A DNA stretch of 63,398 nucleotides, the filler included, from Octopus bimaculoides (taxonomy: Eukaryota), in NCBI RefSeq assembly GCF_001194135.2. It is 5 parts of 4 records of this genome, joined end to end, with 100 filler letters (N's around TTAATTAATTAA, not from the genome) between each part and the next. Parts side by side here need not be neighbours in the genome. Positions count along the whole stretch, not along the records: positions 45,198 to 56,392 come from NC_068986.1; positions 56,493 to 62,063 come from NW_026388650.1; positions 62,164 to 63,398 come from NC_068994.1; 2 more parts are not named here. One strand, written 5' to 3'. How positions within the stretch are numbered: the first letter of the stretch is position 1; every line of letters begins with the position of its first letter. The notes under the pieces are model-generated. The model was not told where the DNA came from and made no database searches. It saw nothing but the letters and a program-made list of their open reading frames with translations. This document shows positions 52,046 through 63,398 of this stretch, in pieces. A program made the position numbers and the translations under genes.

Positions 52046-52189
52046 TGATGATCATCATCATCATGATCATGATCATGATTAATGATGATGAACCTTAGTG
52101 CCTCGCTACGGTGAAAAGCAATTTAATCATCAAAATTAAAGAATCATCATTCTTTTTTTTTAATTTTGTCCAAACACTATTCCTGGTAG

Positions 52190-52420
52190 GATCGTCAGAG
52201 TAGGATCTTCAAGTACTGTTTCATTGGTTGCTATGGGAAATTCGTCATTACAGTTTCCGGATGGGTTCCCAACAGTCGCATATTATCCAACCACCTCGAC
52301 CTTCGTCTACGCTTAGATCTCCCGCCGCTTGGATTAGTGTGAAGGAATCGTCTTGTGATTCCTTCCTGTGACATCATAATCATATCCGTACCTTTTGATT
52401 TGTGAACTCGCAACGGGGTG
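52190..52420 (-). mobile_element. RTE-like LINE C-terminal fragment
   Basis: TRRFLHTNPSGGRSKRRRRSRWLDNM resembles the G.R.RGRP..RW.D motif; short tandem-repeat tail at ~52045-52090. Confidence 0.55.
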
Positions 52421-54339
52421 ACGTAGCGAATCGACATGAAGTAATCAGCTAACTTAATATTACTGAGATAACAAAATGTATCTCAGTAGAGCAATAAACC
52501 GCAATGTAGAGCAATACAAAAGGAAATCCAGGAATACTGCCTTAAAAGGTTCATGCCTGATAAAAATGCATATGCAGCCCATATCGCATACTACAAAGCC
52601 GAAACAAACGGGTTTGATTTACATAATTATACATCTTTAAAAATAATGAAAATATTATTACACCTAACAAGAATCTCATTGTTAGATTATATTGGCTTCA
52701 AAATTTGGCACAAAGCCAATAAGTATGGGGAAGAGGATAAGTCGTTTACATCGAAACCAGTATAAAACTGGTATTTATTTTGTCGATCATCAAAGGAAAA
52801 AGGGCAAAGTCGGCATTTGGCAACAACTGAACTGTAAACGTGAAATTTGAAGAAATGCCCGTAATCACTTTTTTCCGGCATAGTAACAATATGACTGATC
52901 ACCGCCTTACTGTTAGAATATTTTAAAAGTCATTAAAAATTAGAAATACTTATAAGAGAAAGTAACAACCAACACGCTGCATGATGCACATTAAAACTTC
53001 CGATGTAATACATACATGGTAATACGACCATGAGAGTTATAAACTTCATGAACGAAATTGCTACTTAAGCTATAAAAATAAAATGTTCATCACACGCGTC
53101 AACGTACATTTAAAGAAAAAAAGGGTTGTTCGCAACGATACTAAATCATATTCACGCTACAACAATCGCATTAAAAGCAATTTTTGACAATATTAAATTT
53201 CTACACAGAATACTACAGAATATGAGCGAAAGTAGTTATGTAGGTTTTGCTAGGCGTAAAATAAGCGAACAGATAAAACATTTTCGAAATTAACCAGTGA
53301 AACACAGAAGTTAACAGCTGAATAATCTTTTATAATTTTATATTGTGAAAAGAAGCAAAAATCATCAGCAATTGTGTGATAAGTGCAAAGCGCGCTAAAA
53401 CAGAATCTTTTAGTGTTTCTTTTTTCCATCACACGGAAAGGATAAGATGAATTTAGGAACGCTAAAATTTCTACGTAAAAATGAAGGACTAATATAAGAA
53501 TATGACAATATGTTAATAATGAAGATCTCAATCAACCATTATCGTACCCTTAGGAAATTATTCTCAAAGTCATACATACATTTACATGTGTGAATATTTG
53601 TGTATGTGTGTACATGCGCTAATTTGTCAGTATATCTAACTTGTTTGTATAAACAAGCTACCCAAAATATGCAAGCGAGTAATGTGAAACTTTGAAGCAT
53701 TTACTTATAGTTTTAGATATCTATGAAGCATTGTTACTAATCTTTGTCATTTTTGTTCGATATCATCACCGCTACAATATAATGATCTATTTGCTCATTC
53801 AAACAATGATTAGAAATCAGTTGAATTTCTCGTTGAAGAAATTACCATCCTTTTTTCTATATTTTGCATAATTCCATGTCTATATTATCCAGTGTGTCCT
53901 TCCCATTAAAAGTCGATACACTGTAATTTGAGTGAGATTTGGCTGGAATTTCTAGTGGCAAATTCGATTGTATATACGATACGTCATTGTTTATTTGGTA
54001 TGAAATATTATTAGGATTGATCGTAAGCATACTTACCATGTAACTGGGACCCTGCACCTTCGTTTAATTGTTTCTGATAAATCAAGAGAACCAGCATTTA
54101 TTAAGGATAGTAAGTCGGAAGCAACAATCCCATTGCGTAAATGGTACGCTATCTCACTAATCGGGGAAGGACGAATACAAAGTAGACTTCGGTGTGATTT
54201 TGTCTCAGAACGCCGACATCCGGAAAAAGTAATACAAAGCATTATTTTCCGACTCTCCAACTATTCTACCAGTCCACTGCATTTATATCCTATAATAATA
54301 ATCTGTTTAATGATTTCAAATTTTGTTAAAAAGCCAGCA

Positions 54340-54525
54340 ATTACGGGGCGTAAGTTGGTCAAATACATCGACGGCAAAGCTCAACTGCTACTTATTTAAT
54401 TGACCTCGAAAATATGCAAGGATAAGTCGACCTCGGGCGAAATTTGAACACAGCCGTAAAGGCGGACGAAACGCCGCTAAGCATTTTGACCGGTTTAATA
54501 AATATTCCTCTAGCTCACCGCTTTA
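54340..54525 (-). mobile_element. SINE family D, diverged
   Basis: AAGTCGACCTCGGGCGAAATTTGAAC..GCTAAGCATTTTG. Confidence 0.7.
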
Positions 54526-55196
54526 ATACTACTGTTAATAAGACGTTTGATATTGGCCAATGACCACAGAATTTTAGTAGAGATGTGAAGTGAATTGCGT
54601 CACAAAGCAGTTAGTCTAATAGATGCATGGTTCATGATATATCGACGATGGAGTTATAAATGTCAAAGATAACTCCGATGAGGTTTGGCCATTTAGCGTA
54701 AACTAATTACAGCAAACACTTAATCTGGTACTCAATTAGTTTTTTTCAACAGTATTGTTCTCTTATATCTTATTTAAATACAAATCTACACCAAATATAA
54801 TAAATTATCCTGATTGTGATATTACAAAATTAACATTGCGCCATTGCGAACATTTTCCAATATGTGATTGAAGTGAATTCAGTGATGATAATGACACAGG
54901 AAGCGCGTGAAGTTTAACATTTATTATAGGGACAACAAAAGACCAGCTGTGATTGGAATGTATTTAATCGCTTCGCAAATTCTTTTTGATTTTGTATAAA
55001 TATGTTGTAGTTTCTTTCAAATCCTGCCTGTTGTGGATGCATGCGATGTTTGTGTTTTAGAATTAAGCAATTTGTAAATAAAATAGACTTTACATCTTTA
55101 AAGACATAATAAATATCGAACGCCATTGCTCAGCCTACTAGGACTCGCAATACTATTCAGCTCATTCAATGATTCACGACTGCTTAACCTTCTGCG

Positions 55197-55420
55197 TGGA
55201 GGCGCAATGGCCCAGTGGTTAGGGCAGCGGACTCGTGGTCATAGGATCGCGGTTTCGATTCCCATACCGGGCGTTGTGAGTGTTTATTGAGCGAAAACAC
55301 CTAAAGCACCAGGAGGNNNNNNNNNNTCAGCCACTTGCACGTTAATTTCACGAGCAGGCTGTTCCGTTGATCGGATCAACTGGAACCCTCGACCTCGTAA
55401 GCGACGGAGTGCCAACAACA
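55197..55420 (+). mobile_element. tRNA-derived SINE, family C-like (internal gap)
   Basis: TGGCCCAGTGG A-box, GGTTTCGATTCC B-box; tail CAGCCACTT..TAATTTCAC.AGCA.GCT..GGAAC.CTCG shared with 19230-19312. Confidence 0.75.
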
Positions 55421-55939
55421 ACCTGCTGCATCCAACCCAAACATGCACAGAATCCACGAATAGAGACCACAAAAATATCTTTTCAAAGGGGTCATAGAAA
55501 AGCATAATTTTTGCTACAATTGCGAAAACGCAGTCCAAGTGATTTCACAGTTTTAACTTAGCAAATACTCTATCATACTATTTGACATTCTCAGGGACCA
55601 CAGATAACTCGACACTACCTTTCTGAATACAAAAGACATTACAGAGCCTTGATGTGGATGAGAGCAAAAACATACTGGAAGCTGGTGCTAATAATCACAG
55701 AGACATTATCGATCACATTCAATAAAAACGTTTGACTAATTGCTGTCCATTTGCTTACCAACTCACACCAAAGTTCGGTCTTAAAGACACGTATTCTACC
55801 ACTACTAAAATAGTGTCTTCCCAGCAGAACTGGCTGGCATTCAGCTGCAAATTCCTACGCTCACATAGCTCGTCCTGTCGGCATACATGTTGTATGCGCG
55901 CTGTGCCCCTTGCACCATGCCCCAAATGTTGATCAATTT

Positions 55940-56135
55940 GTTCTATATTTAAGAGATGAGGAATTATGTACATTGCTTACATTATTTACATTTGACGGAC
56001 GTTTGTCACCATATTTTTGTTGTTCACACAACGTTTCGGCTGATATACCCTCCAGCCTTCAGCAGGTGTCTTGGGGTAATTTCGAACCTGGGTTCTCATT
56101 CCTAAAGTACTTTTCGATGTTATTATTATTATTAT
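55940..56135 (-). mobile_element. 3' part of the tRNA-head/(AAT)n/hammerhead element
   Basis: Minus strand (AAT)n-CATCGAAAAGTAC..GAATGAGAACCCAGGTTCGAAATT..GACAC-CUGCUGA-A-GGCUG(loop)CAGCC-GAAACGUU-GUGU; homologous to 51845-51933. Confidence 0.8.
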
Positions 56136-56136
56136 T

Positions 56137-56392
56137 CAGTAGTTTTATTTTTATAACGTGCTTTCACTTCACTACCGAGCGCAGCTCTGTGCGCCTTGGG
56201 TATGTGCTGTGGTTTGCTGTGGTGCTCTTATGTTTACTGTATTGAAAGTGTTTTGCGTAGAATGTGTGCAGTACCCAGTAGTGCAATTTTCTGTATGTTA
56301 TATATATTTGTAAGTCCTGGTGTTTTTGTTATGTATTTGTCTGAATATTTTTTTATTATACCTAAGGCACCTACTATGATAGGCATTGTTTC
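56137..56392 (-). mobile_element. Dong-clade 3' end (cut by gap)
   Basis: ETMPIIVGALGIIKKYSDKYITKTPGLTNIYNIQKIALLGTAHILRKTLSIQ* plus 3' UTR ending in (AAT)n. Confidence 0.9.
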
Positions 56393-56514
56393 NNNNNNNN
56401 NNNNNNNNNNNNNNNNNNNNNNNNNNNNNNNNNNNNTTAATTAATTAANNNNNNNNNNNNNNNNNNNNNNNNNNNNNNNNNNNNNNNNNNNNTATATATA
56501 TACATACATATACA

Positions 56515-56565
56515 TAGCAGACAGTCAGACAGACAAACAGACAAACAGACAGATAGATAGATAGG

Positions 56566-56645
<80 letters not shown>

Positions 56646-56650
56646 GAGTC

Positions 56651-56744
<94 letters not shown>

Positions 56745-56760
56745 ATAGATAGATTAGATA
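56515..56760. repeat. (GATA)n/(GACA)n microsatellite
   Basis: Directly visible. Confidence 0.95.
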
Positions 56761-57614
56761 CGTACGAAAGTAGCAAACAGGGAGAATAAATACTCAACAC
56801 TGCATATGAAAAATTCTTTATATGAACGTTTCTACATAACCTAGGTTCTAAACAAAGTGCTGTGGAGAAAAATGAGATTAAAATATCAGTCAAGAGCCAA
56901 ATACATATGTAGCCCGGATTTTATCTACACCATTCTTAAATTTTGGGATATATATATANNNNNNNNNNNNNNNNNNNNNNNNNNNNNNNNNNNNNNNNNN
57001 NNNNNNNNNNNNNNNNNNNNNNNNNNNNNNNNNNNNNNNNNNNNNNNNNNNNNNNNNNNNNNNNNNNNNNNNNNNNNNNNNNNNNNNNNNNNNNNNNNNN
57101 NNNNNNNNNNNNNNNNNNNNNNNNNNNNNNNNNNNNNNNNNNNNNNNNNNNNNNNNNNNNNNNNNNNNNNNNNNNNNNNNNNNNNNNNNNNNNNNNNNNN
57201 NNNNNNNNNNNNNNNNNNNNNNNNNNNNNNNNNNNNNNNNNNNNNNNNNNNNNNNNNNNNNNNNNNNNNNNNNNNNNNNNNNNNNNNNNNNNNNNNNNNN
57301 NNNNNNNNNNNNNNNNNNNNNNNNNNNNNNNNNNNNNNNNNNNNNNNNNNNNNNNNNNNNNNNNNNNNNNNNNNNNNNNNNNNNNNNNNNNNNNNNNNNN
57401 NNNNNNNNNNNNNNNNNNNNNNNNNNNNNNNNNNNNNNNNNNNNNNNNNNNNNNNNNNNNNNNNNNNNNNNNNNNNNNNNNNNNNNNNNNNNNNNNNNNN
57501 NNNNNNNNNNNNNNNNNNNNNNNNNNNNNNNNNNNNNNNNNNNNNNNNNNNNNNNNNNNNNNNNNNNNNNNNNNNNNNNNNNNNNNNNNNNNNNNNNNNN
57601 NNNNNNNNNNNNNN

Positions 57615-57666
<52 letters not shown>

Positions 57667-58029
57667 TATGTATGTATCAAAGAACCAAAGGTCCTTCCTG
57701 AGCCATTGGTTCATAAGGCCAGTGTCCTGGATCATATGGCGTATATACAGTGTGTTGAGGTTCAATTTTTCGATTTTTGATGCATCCTTGTTGCAAGAAC
57801 TGCTTGCTGTATTGGTGAACAGTCAACGGTGTTTGAGAGCGTAAAGATTAAAGTTGTAGTTGAGACAAAGTTTGGTGACATGGACGACTGAAGAATTACC
57901 TGTATCATGATGATGCCGATATCATGACTGCTTTCCAATACACTATTAACTGCGAAAAGGCTGTAAGGCATGACATGGACAGATGCAACAGATGCTACGA
58001 AACCGCGACCGGCAAGGTGGGACACAGCA

Positions 58030-58340
58030 GGCGTTCTGACTGCATCCGCACAACAGAATTCATCCCCAAATTTATGAACAGGGACTTAGGCTCAACTGAT
58101 ACAGCTACGTGAAGCTACTGGAGACTATAGTCAATCCCTGGCAGAGAGTGTTGCTGATGGAAGGCCATGTGTGACAGCAGGATTTGGCTCCTTGCGATAC
58201 CTCTGGAAAGAGTCAGAAGCGGTTGTCGGAGAATTTCTACGACTTCCCCAACCCCAGTTTCTGACCTCCTAATTTCTCCGATCGTAATCCCATGTGTGGG
58301 GTGTGTTTGAGAAAGACACCAACCATTCTATCCAACATTA
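58030..58340 (+). mobile_element. Tc1/mariner-superfamily transposase fragment, DD37D(maT)-like
   Basis: PQIYEQGLRLN..YVKLLETIVNPW..DGRPCV*QQDLAPC..KSQKRLSENFYDF..PPN.PDRNPM..GVFEKDTN. Confidence 0.8.
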
Positions 58341-58500
58341 ACCATTAACCAAAATAAGCATGTGCTTAGGGCATCAAAGGAAGGGGGCACCACAGAAATA
58401 GCAAATGGTTTACAGCTCAAAAGAAATCACTTTAAACTATAAATATTATTGAGTATGCCTTTCCAAATATAGATATTACCTTTCGTATATTTTAAACAGG

Positions 58501-58750
58501 TGGAGGCTCGTGGCTTAGTGGTTAGGATGTCAGCATCATGATCGTAAGATTTTGGTTTCGATTTCTGGACCGAGCGACGCGTTGTTTTCTTGAGCAAAAC
58601 ACTTCATTTCACGTTGCTCCAGTCCACTCAGCTGGCAAAAATGAGTAACGCTGCGATGGACTGACGTCCCGTCCAGCTGGGAAACACATACGCCATTGAA
58701 ACCGGGAAACCGGGACCATTAGCCTGGCTAGGCTTTAAAAAGGGCGAGAA
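58501..58750 (+). mobile_element. SINE family B
   Basis: Near-identical to 38229-38490. Confidence 0.85.
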
Positions 58751-58934
58751 GAAGAAGATATTTTAAACAGCAATGATCATAAATTCCTCAGCTGAAAGTC
58801 CATTTTCTCAGTTGAAGTATATTAAAAATCCTACCAGAATGACTATGCAACAAGGCAGGTTGGATGCGTTATCTCTAAGATGGGTTACATAAGATTAATT
58901 TTGAGGATCGGGTGTATACAAAAATAAATGTTAT

Positions 58935-59400
58935 TTTCCAATATCCCCTCAGCTCTGAAGCCATCGGGGTTATCCAGAAGTGATGGAAAGAGGTCAAATG
59001 GTCTTAACCTCTGTTCCTGGGTTAGACGTAGGTGTCTCATTTGGGATGCCACAATCTGCGATTCCTTTGCTCCCCGCTACATCCTAGATGCTGCAGTAAA
59101 TGGGAAGGTCACTGCTTCCGTAGCCAAACAGGAAAAAAAAAACCCCCGAAGGATTGGGACCTGACAGGGAACTATCTCTTCCAACCTGAGGTATTTGAGA
59201 TGTTCAGCGAGACTGGGCCATTAACCGTGAAGTTCTTGTCAACATTAGCAGCTTGCCTCACTGAGACGTCAAGTGATGCTCATGAGGGCACTTGGCTTTC
59301 CCAACGACTTAGGCTCACCATCGCCCGTGGTAATACTGCGAGCGTGCTGGCTTGCTTCAGTAGATTTCGCTGAACCTTGTGGTGTGCGACCAGTTGAGCA
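58935..59400 (+). mobile_element. CRE-clade non-LTR retrotransposon, restriction-like endonuclease / 3' end
   Basis: LKPSGLSRSDGKRSNGL..W..CLIWDATICDSFAP..YLFQP..FE..WLSQRLRLTIARGNTASVLAC. Confidence 0.8.
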
Positions 59401-59999
59401 CTTGGTGTTGTATTGTTGGTTTTTTTTTTTGGTTTTTTTGTTTTTTTGTATAAGACAAATGCATTCAACAGAAAAGATACACTAATGAGTTGGAGCTTCA
59501 GAATAAGTTTTATTTGGTTATATTTTATTTTCAGTATCACAAGGCAAAGATGTATCTGTGATAAAAAAAAAAAATTCCTCACAAATGGTTTCAATACAGT
59601 TTTAGCAGAAAGATTTGGAAGAATTACACGAAAGTTCTCTGGTAATTTTCTTTCATGTAAATAAATGTTTGTTAATTTAAGAATTTAAGAACATAAAATG
59701 TCAATGTTCTAAAAGATGTACAAATTTATGTTATTTATGAAATTAAAGAAATGTTCCCTCTTACTGTTACTTGTGTTTCATTTTGAAAATTAATTTATTT
59801 TATGGTTAATTATTGTTTATATTTTGAATTATATATGTATGGAAATACCAATATATTTTAAGTGTTTAGGGCCTTCATGTGTTATATTTTATCTTGTGTG
59901 GAAGCTCGCCATGTGTGTGTGTGTGTTATTAGAATATGTAATTCAACAGAAAAAGAAACGAGAGAAACAGACAGAAAAGAGAAAAAGATAGATAGATAG

Positions 60000-60500
60000 A
60001 TACATACATACATGCATAAATACATACATACATACATGCGTGCATGCATGCATACATACATACATACATGCATACATACAGACATACATACATACATGCG
60101 TGCATGCATACATACATACATACATATATACATGCATACATACAAACATACATACATACATGCATGCATGCATACACACATACATACATACATACATACA
60201 TACATACATACATACATACATACACTACATACATACATACATGCATACATACATACATACATGCATACATACATGCATACATACATACATACATGCATGC
60301 ATACATACATACATACATACATACATACATACATACATACGTACATAAGTACATACATACATACACACATACATACATACATATATTCATACATACATAT
60401 ATACATTCATACATACATACATACATACATACATACATGCATGCATACATACATACATACATACATACATACATACATACATACATACATACATACATAC
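60000..60500. repeat. (ATAC)n/(ATGC)n microsatellite
   Basis: Directly visible; followed by (TTTC)n and (AAAG)n tracts up to ~61020. Confidence 0.95.
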
Positions 60501-60611
60501 GTAGAAGCAGAACGTCTATTGCTCGCTCTTTCCAGCTATCTATCGCTCATTTTCCTATAAAAACTTACTATTCTCCCTCCAATTTCTATTTTCTTTCTCT
60601 CTTCCTTTCCT

Positions 60612-60643
<32 letters not shown>

Positions 60644-60909
60644 TTCTTTCTATATTTTTCCTCCCTCTTTATCTCTATACTTTCTTTTTTCTCGTTATGC
60701 ATTCGTTTCACTACCAATATCTCCTATTTGCGCCCTACTCGAAAGGAAAAGAGGGTAATGGTGGGAGCGATGAATAGAAGACAGAGTGAGGGTTATGAAA
60801 CTGTTGAAGAACGAGGAAGAAGACTTAAAGAGAGTGTTGAGGGAGAGAGGGGAAAAGGGTGTGCGAAAGGATTAAAGGGTGATGTGAAAGAATCTAAAAG
60901 TGAAGGTTA

Positions 60910-61016
<107 letters not shown>

Positions 61017-61196
61017 CGAGGGAGTGGAAGAATGAGGTGGGGGAAATGAGAGTAATCAAATATGAAAGGGTCAAAGGATGAGAGAGAGAGAGAGTCTAAA
61101 GTAAGAGTTAGATGGTTGGAGAGAAGGAGACTGTAAAATGAAGAGAAATTGAGAGAAATAGATAGAAAGAATCAAACAAACAAACATAGAGAAGGA

Positions 61197-61227
<31 letters not shown>

Positions 61228-61814
61228 TGAGAGAACGGATGACAGAAAAGGTGGGGAAAGAGAGTTAGGAAATATGTAAGGGCTAAGGGATGATGTGATG
61301 AGAGAAAGAGAGAGTCTAAGGTGAGGGCTGGAAGGAGGGAAACTGAGACAGAAAGAGAGATGAAGAGCGAAAAGAGGAGAAGTGGGGAAAAAAAGGGAGA
61401 CAACAGAATGCAAAACCGGTGGGGAAATTAGGGAGAGGCAATGAAATAAATGTAAGTGATAGTTAGAGGTAGAATGCGATGGTGAGACGTAGTAAGTAGA
61501 AGGAAAGGGGGTTCGTAAAAAGAAAATTGCTAGCAGAAGATAATAAAAAGCAGGCGTGGTTAGGAGTGAAAAAGGGCATATGTGTGTGAGTGTGTATGTA
61601 TTTGTGTATGCGTACCTGTGTGTGTGTGTGCGTGGCTGTGTGTATGTTAGGATGGGCACTGGAACAGTGGGCGGGAACAGAAGGTAGTGGCAATGAGAAG
61701 ATGACACGTCGGGTAATAAAGAGATAACGGAGGAGGGGAGAATAGAGTAGTTAAATAGAAAGTTGAGGATTGAGGATGAGAGGTTATTTAGAGATAAAGA
61801 GGAGGAGTTAGTGG

Positions 61815-62019
61815 TTTCAGATTTTGGCACAAGACCATCAATTTCGGGAGAGGGGTTAAGTCGATTTACATCAACCCCCAGTGCTCAACTGCTACTTATT
61901 CTATCGACCCCGAAAGGATGCAAGGCAAAAGTTGACCGCGGCAGAATTTCAACTCAGAAACAGACATGATGCTGATCATTTTGCCCGGCGTGCTTAATAC
62001 TTCTACCAGCTTGCCGCCT

Positions 62020-62020
<1 letters not shown>
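61815..62020 (-). mobile_element. SINE family D
   Basis: CTATCGACCCCGAAAGGATGCAAGGCAAAAGTTGACCGCGGCAGAATTTCAACTCAG..CTTGCCGCCTT. Confidence 0.8.
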
Positions 62021-62063
<43 letters not shown>

Positions 62064-62859
62064 NNNNNNNNNNNNNNNNNNNNNNNNNNNNNNNNNNNNN
62101 NNNNNNNTTAATTAATTAANNNNNNNNNNNNNNNNNNNNNNNNNNNNNNNNNNNNNNNNNNNNCCTCAACAAAATGAAATTTGAAAGGACATTTATGACA
62201 AAAACACGAGTCCCGAAATAACAACCAATTCATCTGCAACAAACTTTCTAGACACAAACCCACACACATCTGTGATTAAGAATATGGGAAAAGAAAATAA
62301 TTCAATTGAAATTTTCTGTGAGGAAACTCCAAAATTGATTCGAAACTGAAAAAGGAACGGTTTGTGTGCGAATAAAGAGAGAAAATATGCTAGAAATAAC
62401 AGCCAAATCTCACAAAACTGCGATAACATAATCAAAGAAATATTGTAATCAATCTACTCACCTTTCTTCAAAGGTTTCTTTCAGAAGGCTTCTTTCCTGC
62501 AGACAAAGTGAAATGAAAGTGTTCTGGTTTGTTTTTTTTTTCCAACTAAAACCTCCGCCGTGGTACGGCTTTTGGAATTTAGGTGGGGATAAACTCCGGC
62601 AATTTCATATCGTCCGATGATCCATTGATTTTCTTCGGTCGTCTTTTGATTCGGGGATCAATAGACCTTAATTGTGTGTTTTAAAAGATATTAATCAAAA
62701 TAATTTTTGTTTATAGTCTTCTGTGTCTTCAGGAACCTGAATACAATGTTGCAGCCTCCACAAGAAACTTGGGTTGGTGGTGAGACAGTCCGAAGGAAAA
62801 GGAAGCGAGCGACGAAACTGCTTCAGGTTTACTCAGCTCTCATCGCAGATGGAATTATT

Positions 62860-63398
62860 CTGTTCTAAAACATTCGCCATAATCGCTCAATATTTTAAAT
62901 AGGGTGCAGTCAGTCCCAGCATCTCGTTTGTTGGTCTCATCAGATTCGTTTAACAGTGGAACCATTAATGCCTTGTTCTTATCCGTTCCAGTCCGCCAAA
63001 AAGCCAAACCGTTTTCACAATCCTGCTGCATTGGTATTTTCCTCTCATCAACTTCTACTTCAACCACCGGTCCTCCCATAACAGTTTCGTGGTTTTCTGC
63101 CCCAAAACTGGCACACCTCCGAACAGAAACACCTCCAATCTACGGAGGTTTTTACGGCAGAATTCGAGGTTTCTCTCGATTAATTTTTGCGACCAAGCTG
63201 TGCTGAAGAAATGGTTGATAAAAAGCAAAAGGACGCCTTCCAGAAAGGTGTCCTTAGATGTAGATATGGAATATCCACATTGCCGTCCCGACCGTCCACG
63301 TCGTCGCATCGCCATGTTTGTCTCTTGACGCAAAATGGGCGGAGCTTTGCAGTTTGGACAATCTCGTGTTTGGCTCAAAATACAACAGAAGCATCATC
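62860..63398 (-). mobile_element. Merlin (IS1016/IS1595-like) transposase remnant
   Basis: N-terminal CPNC..QCGYSIST.KDTFLE; GGPVVEVEVDE (first D); KILSDY (second D); frameshifted; extends beyond the window. Confidence 0.7.

Noticed and set aside
55500-55740. Possible further Dong RT remnant (QSLDVDESKNILEAG)
   Set aside because: Similarity too weak to support by eye.

Overview
AT-rich eukaryotic draft-assembly scaffold with many N-gaps, saturated with microsatellites and transposon fragments. The SINE and microsatellite make-up resembles a coleoid cephalopod (Octopus-like); this is inferred from recalled repeat families, not proven. No host protein-coding gene can be confidently identified; one candidate coding exon lies at 39660-39900 (-). 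Recognisable elements: several R4/Dong-clade non-LTR retrotransposon copies, most abutting (AAT)n tracts; three Penelope-like elements (GIY-YIG/RT remnants); at least four tRNA-derived SINE families; a full-length mariner with TIRs and TA duplication; Tc1, DD37D-like, Merlin, CRE, RTE and L1/Tx1-like fragments; and a non-autonomous Helitron carrying telomere-like repeats. The most interesting signal is RNA-level: several minimal type I hammerhead ribozyme motifs. Two have intact cores (8947-8996, 23640-23729). A composite element reads tRNA-like Pol III head - (AAT)n linker - hammerhead; it occurs as a partial tandem broken exactly at the predicted cleavage site (51721-52045), and a second copy has a Dong retroelement sitting in its (AAT)n linker (55940-56392). 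Coordinates were read by eye and fragment ends are approximate.
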